DNA of 64,000 nt from a virus. Made by a program: the position numbers and the translations under genes. Location: IMG/VR virus record IMGVR_UViG_3300009370_001603, positions 32,001 to 96,000 of that record. One strand, 5' to 3'. Position 1 is the first letter of the stretch. Each line of letters opens with the position of its first letter. This document shows positions 44,247 through 53,334 of the stretch, piece by piece. Under the pieces are notes generated by a model. It had not been told where the DNA came from. It saw nothing but the letters and a program-made list of their open reading frames with translations, and did not search any database.

Positions 44247-47200
44247 TTACCACGCATTGAATGTATCAACCATTTTTCGCCACTGTCCGTTTAAGTAAGT
44301 AGCGAGATTATAATTACTTCCACTCTTTACTATACAAACCGTACCTTCTACTCGTGAAATCTCATATTTAGCAATAGTGCTGCTCGAATGCGTATACAAC
44401 TGTCTAGTAGCACCGGTGCCGGTGGTATTTAAAGCTATGGGGAGCTGTAGGAAACCTTCAGCATTAACAATCGTGTTTGCAAAGTCATACTCATCGGTGG
44501 ATGCCTGTATTTGGTCGGCAACCTGATAAGAGCTATACATCGTTGTCTTCAGGCCTGTTTTATCAGTTGAATGGTTTGCCAGTTTTAAAAGGTGGGCACT
44601 GAACTCTGCGGCAGTGGTCGGTTTTTTCCCGATCTGCGTTACCGCATTTGTATTGTGCTGGAAGAAACCCTTTCCGATAGCAACGACGTAATCTTCAGGT
44701 GAGGTACTAACCCACGACGTGTTGTTCGTAGGTGTGTCGTTGTTAAGCACAATCGCACGATTTAATACCTGACCGCCACCAGCGTTGTAGCCGATGAGAG
44801 TATTATAAGCACCACATCCCGATATTCCAGCCTGATAGCCTATCATGATATTATTGCTGTGGACTGTGCTTGAAATTCTACCGTTGTACTGCTTACCGGC
44901 CTCGACCCCAATACTAATTTGACGGGCAATCCCGCTAGAATAAGACCCTGCTTCCATGCCAATGCCAATATGCCTATTATATGATGAAGTCGAATCCTTG
45001 CCTTGAGCATGTCTCCCGGCATAGGGGCCGACGTATGTCGAATAATGCTGCCTATTCGCTTCCTCACCAGCTTTGTAGCCAATGACTGTAGCTTTTTCAG
45101 TTGTGGCCAGTAAGTATCCAGCCATGTGGCCCAGCATAGACGTTTCTTTATTACCGGAGGAATAAGCTCCAGCTCCATATCCTAGAAGCTGATTGTTAGA
45201 TGCATTGTAGCTGTCTTTTCCTGCAAAGTAGCCAATCGCCACGTCGTTCCAGCTTCCATCCAGAGTGTCGGCCATACCGCTCGCGTTCTGCAATGCCTGC
45301 CTTCCGATTCCTACACACCTATTCAGACCACTGGCTTGCTGGCCCGCAGTTTGGCCAATGAAAACGTTACCCTGTGTAAGTGATCCACGCTGATGACCCA
45401 TATAGCCTTGCATAGACTCCCTGCCGATAGCTATATTTTCACTCATCCCATGGCTAGATTCACCAGCCTTGTAGCCCAACATAATATTATGCTTGTCTAG
45501 TACAGCAGATCGACCAGCATAGTAGCCTATCGCAACGCTGTGTACCAGCGAGGAATCGAAAGTATACTGATAGGTTGTCCACCCTGACGACGATACGCCA
45601 GCTCCATAGCCAATATTAACACCCCTGATCCCAGAGGAACCCATACCGGCTTCGTATCCTAGGTTGACAGAGCCGCCCATCCATGCGGAATCTTTCAAAC
45701 TCCTTGTTCCTATAGCAACCGCGTCCGTGTTCCCACTAGAGCTATAACCCGCGAGCGCACCAATGAAATTACCCTGTGTCGCCTTAAAGGAGTACGCACC
45801 AGCAGAATGACCGATGAAGTTAACAATGCCGCTACTTGGTACAGACCCCCCCATGCCAGATTGGGCAACGGCTTGGTATCCAGCTTCACGACCAATGATA
45901 TTTGAGGATGCAAAACCATGCGCTCCGGAACCAGCATAGTCACCGATAAAGTTGGTGTGGTTTGCACCTAAGACTTCTGCGGCAGCATATCTACCCATAG
46001 CATTACTATTGTTAATGCCGCTGCCATATAGTCCTGCTCGATTACCAATCATGTTGGTGTTAGAGCAGCCACTTGCGACACGTCCAGCATGGATACCTAT
46101 AAAGTTAGAATTATCACAGCCGCTCGACTGTAAGCCAGCATCTCTCCCTATAAAGTTAGAGCTTTCAGAGTCGGCGTTGATATATGCTCCGGCGCGAGAG
46201 CCAACGGCCACAACGTAACTATTACCACTAGAAGATGTTCCGGCGTTCGTTCCTATAAAGATACTTTGAATATTACCGCTAGAACTTTGGGCAGCTCCGC
46301 TACCAACCGCAATGGACGCATGACTTCCTCCGAGGGCATTGTGACCCGCAAGCCTTCCGATTGCCATTGCTCCGGAACCAATTGCTCCACTTACGGGACT
46401 AACGTCATCCGCCGTTCTAACTAAGCCGTCACTAAATGTAAGGGCGCTCGTATCAATACTACCCGCCGCAAAGCCAGAAACGGCTGCAATAGCTGTTTTT
46501 GATATTCCAGAAACGGCTGCTCCAGACGAATCTATCTCATACTGTAGATTGCCCGAAGCGAGGCCTGCACTAAAAATTAGGTGGTTACTTGAGGCTGTGT
46601 ATTGGGTGGTAATACCACTTATGCCAGAAATGTTAACGCCTTCTGAGCTACTAATATTGTCAAAATCTGTTAGGCCATCACTTAGTTTCCAGTGTCCATA
46701 ACCGCCGCCTAAGCCGCCAATTTTATCGTTCACATACCCAGAGACTAAATTGACACCGACTTGTAATATACCAGAAGTTGCTTTATCGTGACCAAAAGCG
46801 AACCCAGAAACCGCAGTGATTGCTGTGTTTGCTAAACCAGAGACTGCCGCGCCACTAGCATTTACAACCGCCTCAAGGCCGGAGGCGGAAAATTTCATTA
46901 CATTTGAGCTTGAGTTGTACCCAACGGTTACGTGGTCTACGCCGGAGAAATTAACTGTATTTGTAGAGGCTATAGCATCTGTACCACCCCCAACTCCAAC
47001 TACCCAGTTGGCATAGTCAACAGCAGATCCAATTCTTCCATCAAGATATCCAGATAGTCCATTAGCAGTTACAGCAAATAGGTTGACATCGGAATGATAT
47101 AATACTTCACACCCGCTAGCCCCGCTTATAAACACAGTATCTGCTGAGGATATAGTTTCGGGGGGATTCGTCGTGCCGTCACTAACCTTGAAAGAGTAAT

Positions 47201-49148
47201 CTGTCGTATTGTCAATACCATATTGAAGAATACCTGATAACTCAGAGGGGTCAAATATTATTCCCCCAGAAGGTGTAGTCGCTATGCCGCTTATGCCAAC
47301 TGCAAGACCTCTTAGCCCACTGAACGCAACCTCGGTGCCTTGGTGTATTTGGTGCGTGGTGTAGGCAAGTGTTGGATTAACATAGCCGGAAGAAATTGCT
47401 CCAACCTTAAACATGTTGCCAATCTGAAAAACTCTTCCGTCGTCAAGCGTTAGACCGCTTCCGCCCACATAAGCACCACTAACTACAGAGCTATCATTAA
47501 ATATAAGGCCGCTAGTTGTAATGCCCAGCTTTTCATTATTAGATGTTGCGGCAGCCCATGTGTTCGAACCGCTTTTCCAAGTCCATTTTTTATCGCCAGT
47601 GTCTATAGCCCCATCGCCAGAGGATCTTATTACAACGCCTCCGTCATCAACAAGGTGGTCTACGCTGGAGGAAGAGTCATTGCCACTAGTAGAGGCTAGC
47701 TCCAACTGTTTGTCTTGAATCGTAACATTCGTACTGTCATTATAGGTAGTGGTACCTTTAACAAAAAGATCACCACTGATTGTCACATCATTGCCAAAAT
47801 AGGAATCTGTTCTGGCAAATACGCCCCCGCTAGAATGTACATTGCTACCGTACGCAGTGTAAATATCTCCAGACGTAATAATATCGCCACTAACGCCAAT
47901 GTTGCCGCCTCTAACGTCCAGTGAAAATATAGGGTCGTTCGCCCCAATGCCTACTCTGTTACTAGATTTTAAGAAAACAAACTTATCATCGTATGTGATA
48001 ATGCCGCTTTCTTTATAGAGGGCTACGGAGCCAGCAGTAAGGGTGTCTGGATCTTCATCCATCGCCTTGTCTTGGACAACATATCGCGTGGAAAGATCGG
48101 GGATATCTTCTAGTTGTAAGTACCTAAAGGTTGGAACATCTGGGCTACAGCCAACCGCTTCGCATCCGCTCGGCGGACCGGAAAAAATCGTACCCTTCTC
48201 TTGTGGTAGGAAGCAAAATCTTTCATCTACCACTCCGCTTAAAAAGAATACGGCATTTGTGCCGGTCGTACCATCTAACTCATTTCTAAAAAATGGCTCT
48301 AGCTGTGTGCCACCAGAGGCGGTTTTGGTTGCATCCTGCGGTAAGGCTTGGCCGCCAGAAAAGAGAACGCCAGAACCTCCATCAATAAAGCCAGAAGCCC
48401 TAACTTGAGAATAAGATCTAATACCCCCAATATCTATGGCATATTTAGGATCTGTTTGTGAGATACCAAGTCTAGCTCCAGAAACAGACCATAATATATT
48501 ATCATCATAATTTAAAAGCTGTTCACTACCCCAAACCGCTAAACCGCTATTTTGTGGTTCCTTGAAGCCGCTTATGCCATAACCAGTAAATACTGAATAT
48601 TTTCCGGGATAAGTTACGTAAACTTCTTTGATTCCAAAGTCTGGAAAATTAAACGGCTGCCCAGAGGCTACATAATCAACACCGCTAAGTCCGGCGTGAG
48701 AGGGTTCCGCATGGCCCGCATGGTTATTGGGCATGTAGAAGGTATTGCCATGATAGCCAGAGAAGGTATGTGTGTGAGCGCTGGTAGCTCCAGCGACTGC
48801 TAGTGCAGCAGACTTAGTTAAATACAGTGGGTGAAAATAACCTTGTTGCCCTCTTGTTGGGCCACTAGCGCTATCTCCATTTAAGTAGTAAGGGCCAGAA
48901 TCTAAGGCAGAACTTCTTAATGGGAACCTTGTTAGCTCATTATCTGAGCCACTTTGTCTATATTCACCGGAACCCATCTCGTAATAGGTTCCATCGGTAG
49001 CAGCATAATAGACAACATCTCCGTACTTGTAGAAATCACCAAAAGGGCTAAATCCAGCAAGCTCTCCGTCGAGAACAAACGGGTCTTGCCCCTTGGTGTG
49101 GGAAAGTTCTTTGATTCTGTCTGATAATACTACTATGTTGGAGTGCAT
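44247..49148 (-). CDS. Fibre/spike protein (1633 aa) with YadA-head-like 'xxIGxxAG' beta-roll repeats
   Basis: N-terminal 'LSDRIKE' anchor shared with 54923..59692; many ~14-aa 'NxxIGxxAG' repeats; very SG-rich. Confidence 0.75.
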   Translation of the reverse strand: MHSNIVVLSDRIKELSHTKGQDPFVLDGELAGFSPFGDFYKYGDVVYYAATDGTYYEMGSGEYRQSGSDNELTRFPLRSSALDSGPYYLNGDSASGPTRGQQGYFHPLYLTKSAALAVAGATSAHTHTFSGYHGNTFYMPNNHAGHAEPSHAGLSGVDYVASGQPFNFPDFGIKEVYVTYPGKYSVFTGYGISGFKEPQNSGLAVWGSEQLLNYDDNILWSVSGARLGISQTDPKYAIDIGGIRSYSQVRASGFIDGGSGVLFSGGQALPQDATKTASGGTQLEPFFRNELDGTTGTNAVFFLSGVVDERFCFLPQEKGTIFSGPPSGCEAVGCSPDVPTFRYLQLEDIPDLSTRYVVQDKAMDEDPDTLTAGSVALYKESGIITYDDKFVFLKSSNRVGIGANDPIFSLDVRGGNIGVSGDIITSGDIYTAYGSNVHSSGGVFARTDSYFGNDVTISGDLFVKGTTTYNDSTNVTIQDKQLELASTSGNDSSSSVDHLVDDGGVVIRSSGDGAIDTGDKKWTWKSGSNTWAAATSNNEKLGITTSGLIFNDSSVVSGAYVGGSGLTLDDGRVFQIGNMFKVGAISSGYVNPTLAYTTHQIHQGTEVAFSGLRGLAVGISGIATTPSGGIIFDPSELSGILQYGIDNTTDYSFKVSDGTTNPPETISSADTVFISGASGCEVLYHSDVNLFAVTANGLSGYLDGRIGSAVDYANWVVGVGGGTDAIASTNTVNFSGVDHVTVGYNSSSNVMKFSASGLEAVVNASGAAVSGLANTAITAVSGFAFGHDKATSGILQVGVNLVSGYVNDKIGGLGGGYGHWKLSDGLTDFDNISSSEGVNISGISGITTQYTASSNHLIFSAGLASGNLQYEIDSSGAAVSGISKTAIAAVSGFAAGSIDTSALTFSDGLVRTADDVSPVSGAIGSGAMAIGRLAGHNALGGSHASIAVGSGAAQSSSGNIQSIFIGTNAGTSSSGNSYVVAVGSRAGAYINADSESSNFIGRDAGLQSSGCDNSNFIGIHAGRVASGCSNTNMIGNRAGLYGSGINNSNAMGRYAAAEVLGANHTNFIGDYAGSGAHGFASSNIIGREAGYQAVAQSGMGGSVPSSGIVNFIGHSAGAYSFKATQGNFIGALAGYSSSGNTDAVAIGTRSLKDSAWMGGSVNLGYEAGMGSSGIRGVNIGYGAGVSSSGWTTYQYTFDSSLVHSVAIGYYAGRSAVLDKHNIMLGYKAGESSHGMSENIAIGRESMQGYMGHQRGSLTQGNVFIGQTAGQQASGLNRCVGIGRQALQNASGMADTLDGSWNDVAIGYFAGKDSYNASNNQLLGYGAGAYSSGNKETSMLGHMAGYLLATTEKATVIGYKAGEEANRQHYSTYVGPYAGRHAQGKDSTSSYNRHIGIGMEAGSYSSGIARQISIGVEAGKQYNGRISSTVHSNNIMIGYQAGISGCGAYNTLIGYNAGGGQVLNRAIVLNNDTPTNNTSWVSTSPEDYVVAIGKGFFQHNTNAVTQIGKKPTTAAEFSAHLLKLANHSTDKTGLKTTMYSSYQVADQIQASTDEYDFANTIVNAEGFLQLPIALNTTGTGATRQLYTHSSSTIAKYEISRVEGTVCIVKSGSNYNLATYLNGQWRKMVDTFNAW
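44780..46380 (-). repeat. Protein-level ~14-aa (N/S)xxIGxxAG repeat array
   Basis: e.g. 'SNFIGRDAGLQSSG', 'SNFIGIHAGRVASG', 'TNMIGNRAGLYGSG'. Confidence 0.85.
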
Positions 49149-49167
49149 TTTAAACCCTTATTGAAAA

Positions 49168-50169
49168 TTAACCGTTTTCACTATAGCTAGCAGAGCGTGT
49201 CATTTCTGGTACGATTCCGGAAGTCTCTCCCGGCTCATAACCGTATGCCACAAAATCACATATCTCAGAATCTACATAGTCACCAGTTTCAGTCCTGATA
49301 ACATAAGTGCAAGTTCTTGGATTATTTACATCATCAGGTCCATCATTGCCACGTCGCATTACGGTACCAACAGTGTTTACTACCATGTCTTCTTTACTTC
49401 CAGAAGCCACAGTACCATGACTATGGCCAATGGCCACATAATCATTGTCATTAAACAGTCCGGACGGGAAAGTAATCTTTAGCTTTCCGGGGGCCAATCT
49501 TTCTATACCGCTAATATTGTGCCAAGATCTTATGTAGGGCAGGTTAAGGTTGCCATCTAGATTGCCACTAGCATTAAAGTTGCACCAAGCCTTTGCTCCA
49601 ACCTTGCCGTTTGGTATGCTGGAGTTGTCTCCAAATCTTAGTGTTCCAGAGGTATAAATCTCTTGATCATGGCCATTTACGGGAACAAACTTGAAACCAA
49701 CTGAGTCATAGCCAGAAGCATTGATCCAGTTATCATGCCTAACCGGCATGTTGCCGTTCAATACGTTGTTTGACTGGTCAACTCCGTCTATATGGTAGTA
49801 TTGTGTGTGGACGTGGCCGACAGCTAAGTTGGTTAATTGGTTATGATTAATAGCCCAAGGTCCGGGGTAAGGAACCAGTTGCAGGACACTGGTATCACCG
49901 TTTGGCGCGTTTGGAAATTGAATTCCAGAGTGCATAATAAGCTTGCCATCAACATCGTTTACCGTTCTGCCGGTAGCCGCGATAGTGACATTGTGGAAAA
50001 ATGGGAACTCAACCTCTGTGTCGCCACTGGCAACTATTCTATTTATGGAAAACGCTGTGTCTTCCATGTTGTGACGGACATCTTCTGCTGAAATTAACCC
50101 AGCATTATTGTCAGCCATATCTAAAGTAATACTGGCAATTAAATCGCCAGAGCTTTTCATTGTAGGCAT
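49168..50169 (-). CDS. Short fibre-associated virion protein
   Basis: 'HNQLTNLAVGHVHTQY' and C-terminal 'AKAWCNFNASG...HNISGIERLAPGKLKITF' resemble phage fibre domains; 10 SG. Confidence 0.55.
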   Translation of the reverse strand: MPTMKSSGDLIASITLDMADNNAGLISAEDVRHNMEDTAFSINRIVASGDTEVEFPFFHNVTIAATGRTVNDVDGKLIMHSGIQFPNAPNGDTSVLQLVPYPGPWAINHNQLTNLAVGHVHTQYYHIDGVDQSNNVLNGNMPVRHDNWINASGYDSVGFKFVPVNGHDQEIYTSGTLRFGDNSSIPNGKVGAKAWCNFNASGNLDGNLNLPYIRSWHNISGIERLAPGKLKITFPSGLFNDNDYVAIGHSHGTVASGSKEDMVVNTVGTVMRRGNDGPDDVNNPRTCTYVIRTETGDYVDSEICDFVAYGYEPGETSGIVPEMTRSASYSENG

Positions 50170-50181
50170 TTAAAATCTCCT

Positions 50182-50700
50182 TTAGTAATCAAAATATCCA
50201 CCTGACCTATGACCCGCATTGCTTCTTGAAATAGCATCGGAGCCGGGGCTATAGGGACCAAGTATTGACTGTCCGACAACACCATTGCCAGCTCTATATT
50301 CTAATAGTGAATGTTCGTATTTATCACATAAATCTTTGTATAAAACAATTAATGTTTGCGTAACGCCTCGTAGGTCAATAGCGGAGGGGCCATCTTTAAT
50401 TGATATGGCGTTTCCGGACTCTTTTCTTATCTCACTACCAATTATTATACACGCAGCACGTAAACAACTCAAAGTTATAAAGGGGTCATCCTTCGTTGCT
50501 GTATCTGTCGGATCTGGTGATAGGGTTATGGCCTCCACGTTGATAGTGTAATCATTACCAAAATCTACGTTCATGGTCATAAGTTGGGCCGCGACCAAAA
50601 GCGTAGTTTCTATTCTCTGAGTAGAAAAAGTGTATGCGGAAGAGTCAACATCATTAACGAGATGTCTAACAATTGTGGACATTTGACCTTGCCAAGACAT
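50182..50700 (-). CDS. Putative head-tail adaptor/connector
   Basis: 'IVRHLVND....TFS..I...L' N-terminus, 'SIKDGPSAIDL' hairpin and helical C-terminus typical of adaptors. Confidence 0.55.
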   Translation of the reverse strand: MSWQGQMSTIVRHLVNDVDSSAYTFSTQRIETTLLVAAQLMTMNVDFGNDYTINVEAITLSPDPTDTATKDDPFITLSCLRAACIIIGSEIRKESGNAISIKDGPSAIDLRGVTQTLIVLYKDLCDKYEHSLLEYRAGNGVVGQSILGPYSPGSDAISRSNAGHRSGGYFDY

Positions 50701-50707
50701 AAATCAC

Positions 50708-51022
50708 CTATATATTGCTATGGACTTTAAAACTATAAATATCTGTGTAGTACGTACCGCTTGGGACGACCACTTTAGCTTGGAGTTTATATAATCCAGC
50801 TTCGTCCAAGTCTCCGGCAACCGTATCGTAATACATTACGCCAGAAATTCCATAGTCCTGAAGCGTTGCGTTTCTGTTTATTACTGTGTCGCTCGGCTTC
50901 TTAAAGCTGACCTGATGAATGGACCCCCCGCTAACACCAGAAATGTTTACGAGGCTACCGTCATCTTTAACCGTAATTAAAAATCTTGTCCCCACATCGT
51001 CTTGGTGAATTTCACTAGCCAT
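50708..51022 (-). CDS. BppU-N-like Ig-fold virion protein
   Basis: 'IHQDD.GT.F.ITVKD....VNISG...FKKP...GVMYY....DLDEAGLYKLQAKV'. Confidence 0.65.
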   Translation of the reverse strand: MASEIHQDDVGTRFLITVKDDGSLVNISGVSGGSIHQVSFKKPSDTVINRNATLQDYGISGVMYYDTVAGDLDEAGLYKLQAKVVVPSGTYYTDIYSFKVHSNI

Positions 51023-51026
51023 CTTT

Positions 51027-51149
51027 TTACCTTATCAAAGTAATTGGTAGACTTGTCTGAATGTTTAACCCCAAATCAAAGAGAACCCCTTCAATATTGA
51101 GGGTTGTCTCTGTAGATTTCTGTATGTTTAAACTTACTTCTACTATCAT
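51027..51149 (-). CDS. 40-aa micro-ORF, not in the ORF track
   Basis: MIVEVSLNIQKSTETTLNIEGVLFDLGLNIQTSLPITLIR; ATGA overlap with upstream ORF; ends 4 nt before the next ATG. Confidence 0.55.
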   Translation of the reverse strand: MIVEVSLNIQKSTETTLNIEGVLFDLGLNIQTSLPITLIR

Positions 51150-51283
51150 TTTTGAATACTTAAGCTGACGTTAATTGTATTTTGCACTGATAGCACTAGC
51201 GAAATAACCTCACCATTGCTTTTGAACAACATCTGTTCAGAAGAGCAAATTGGAAGTTCGCTAAGTGTTTCAGATCCAAACAT
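51146..51283 (-). CDS. 45-aa micro-ORF, not in the ORF track
   Basis: MFGSETLSELPICSSEQMLFKSNGEVISLVLSVQNTINVSLSIQK; TAATG overlap with the upstream gene. Confidence 0.6.
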   Translation of the reverse strand: MFGSETLSELPICSSEQMLFKSNGEVISLVLSVQNTINVSLSIQK

Positions 51284-51639
51284 TATACTGCGGGGTCGCT
51301 AATTTCTACTGAAGTGTCCAGAGCTTCGACAGCCTGTGACCTTGCCAATCCAACTTCATAGGATTGTACGTGTTCAGACAAAAACTGTCTAACTATTCTG
51401 TGTACAAACTGCCCCTGATCTTCCGGGTTGTCTATCATCTCCTGTTGGTCGGGATCTGGTATGGTGCTAGGGTTCTCTGGGGACTCAGGCTCTGCTGGGT
51501 CGAAATCTGGATTCGCAACGGTCGCGGACGCATCATAGTCTGGATTGACAACCTGATCTACACGACCATAATTGGCGCAAATGGCGTCAAAGACCCTTGC
51601 CACGTCTTCGTCTGCGATTGCTAGTTCAAAAACTGCCAT
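51283..51639 (-). CDS. Acidic hypothetical protein with NPD repeats
   Basis: AGGAGA SD, own promoter motif; NPDYD/NPDFD/DPD/NPE insert. Confidence 0.6.
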   Translation of the reverse strand: MAVFELAIADEDVARVFDAICANYGRVDQVVNPDYDASATVANPDFDPAEPESPENPSTIPDPDQQEMIDNPEDQGQFVHRIVRQFLSEHVQSYEVGLARSQAVEALDTSVEISDPAV

Positions 51640-51675
51640 TATTATATCTCCTAATAAAACTAGAGTGATTTACAT

Positions 51676-51684
51676 ATTATACAC
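51676..51684 (-). promoter_or_regulatory. GTGTATAAT putative phage promoter
   Basis: Intergenic, 37 nt upstream of ATG 51639. Confidence 0.65.
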
Positions 51685-51707
51685 GGTTTTAGCAAATATA
51701 TAGTGTT

Positions 51708-52241
51708 TTACCTATTGGTGTTGAGGTGGGGTAACTCACATCTTGGTATCTGACATTTATCACATATTTCGTGCCATCTATCGTTTAATTCTTCAAATTT
51801 GTAGACTTCCACACCAAGATCTTCACCGTAATCCCCTTCTGTGAAAAACTGAGTGGTGTAAGGAGTCCAAGTGTCTCTTATGTTGTCTATGTAATCGTCT
51901 CGTCCAATAAATTCTTTCATTTCTTCTGCGGTATTGGGGTTTTTATGAAAATCTGTACTTCTCAGGTGCTCTACCCATTTTATGGCGCTTTTAATTCTAT
52001 CTTCCACGGATCTGTGAATAGTGAATCTATAAATGTCTTTCCATTCTCTTATGTAGCCTTTAAGATTAACCCCTCTTTGATGTATCTCAACTCTATCGTA
52101 TTGTTTTATCCAGCCGGGAATAGTGCTGGCGACAACCGGTATATTGTGTCTCAGGCAAACATTACTAATGGCGGATTTTACTGAGTGACCACCAGTTCTT
52201 GGTATGTGAATAAAGGCGGCTCTCTTGGGTAGGTATAACAT
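51708..52241 (-). CDS. Sulfotransferase family 2-like protein (copy 2)
   Basis: 5'-PSB motif 'FIHIPRTGGHS', 3'-PB-like 'RFTIHRSVEDRIKS', 'YKFEEL', 'LPHLN'; start set at the ATG matching its paralog. Confidence 0.8.
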   Translation of the reverse strand: MLYLPKRAAFIHIPRTGGHSVKSAISNVCLRHNIPVVASTIPGWIKQYDRVEIHQRGVNLKGYIREWKDIYRFTIHRSVEDRIKSAIKWVEHLRSTDFHKNPNTAEEMKEFIGRDDYIDNIRDTWTPYTTQFFTEGDYGEDLGVEVYKFEELNDRWHEICDKCQIPRCELPHLNTNR

Positions 52242-52243
52242 GT

Positions 52244-52777
52244 CTAAAAACTTTCGCACAATTTAGGTAGGGTGCATCTTGGGATTTGGCACTTATCACA
52301 TATCATGTCCCATTGGATATTTAATTCATCAAAGTTGTATAGCTCAACCCCAAGATCCTCGCCGTGCTTTCCTTTTGTAAAAAATTCCGTTGTGTGGTCA
52401 TTCCAGTTTTCTAAAATCCACTCTCTGTAGTCATCTCTGCACACCACTTCTTTAATTTCTTCATGAATATTTGGATGTGTACAGCTCCCCTTGTCTCTAA
52501 CGTTTTCTATGAGTCTAAACATGCTTTCAAATCTATCTTTTTGTGGTCTGTGAACTGCAAATCGGTAAATATCGTCCCATTCTTTTATGTATGGTTTTAA
52601 ATTATAAGCCGTCTGATGACCTTGGATCATTTCAAATTCTTTTATAAAGTTAGGAGTTGTGCTAATTAGGCACGCTATCCCATGTCCTACGCAACTACTC
52701 GCTATAGCATTTTTGATCGAATTGCCGCCAGTTCTTGGTATGTGTATAAACACCGCCCGTTTTGGCAGATATATCAT
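52244..52777 (-). CDS. Sulfotransferase family 2-like protein (copy 1)
   Basis: 'FIHIPRTGGNS', 'RFAVHRPQKDRFES'; ATGA overlap with the methyltransferase stop. Confidence 0.8.
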   Translation of the reverse strand: MIYLPKRAVFIHIPRTGGNSIKNAIASSCVGHGIACLISTTPNFIKEFEMIQGHQTAYNLKPYIKEWDDIYRFAVHRPQKDRFESMFRLIENVRDKGSCTHPNIHEEIKEVVCRDDYREWILENWNDHTTEFFTKGKHGEDLGVELYNFDELNIQWDMICDKCQIPRCTLPKLCESF

Positions 52778-53334
52778 AAAACTTCGCACATGTAACTTGG
52801 GAACTTTTCTATCGTAATTCCTATCATCTTCATGTCGCCACTTTGAATCCTTTCGTTAACAGCTCTGATAACACCAGCTCGCCAAACTTGACAGTTGGTA
52901 ACATAGTCATGTCCCATTATTAAACCGCCCTTTCTGACTTTCCGTAGTGCACTTTCAATTTCCATCGCAACCGGCTTGTAATCATGGCAGGCATCTATAT
53001 AGACCCAATCTAAGCAGTCATCTTCTAGGCTGGATAAAAAGGTGGCTCCCCACTGTCTAACGATCTCTACCTTTCCATTTTTAATTTCTCTTGAAAATAG
53101 TGAGCTAACTAAATCTCGGTGGTCGTCCTCCCATAATTCAGGTTCTGCAATGAGGCCTAAATTTGGATGACGCTCTCTCCAGACATCGCAAAGGTACATC
53201 TTTATAGGTTTTGTTATGTGCCATAAATTTATAGCACCCGCCCCTTTGCAGACTCCAATTTCTGCCCCTACTCCGTCTTTCGGTACATCTAAAAACATTT
53301 CTTGAGATGTCTCGTATTCTATAATTCTTTCCAT
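52774..53334 (-). CDS. Class I SAM-dependent methyltransferase (Methyltransf_24-like, sugar O-methyltransferase type)
   Basis: 'GAEIGVCKG', 'DWVYIDACHDY', 'GGLIMGHDY'. Confidence 0.85.
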   Translation of the reverse strand: MERIIEYETSQEMFLDVPKDGVGAEIGVCKGAGAINLWHITKPIKMYLCDVWRERHPNLGLIAEPELWEDDHRDLVSSLFSREIKNGKVEIVRQWGATFLSSLEDDCLDWVYIDACHDYKPVAMEIESALRKVRKGGLIMGHDYVTNCQVWRAGVIRAVNERIQSGDMKMIGITIEKFPSYMCEVL

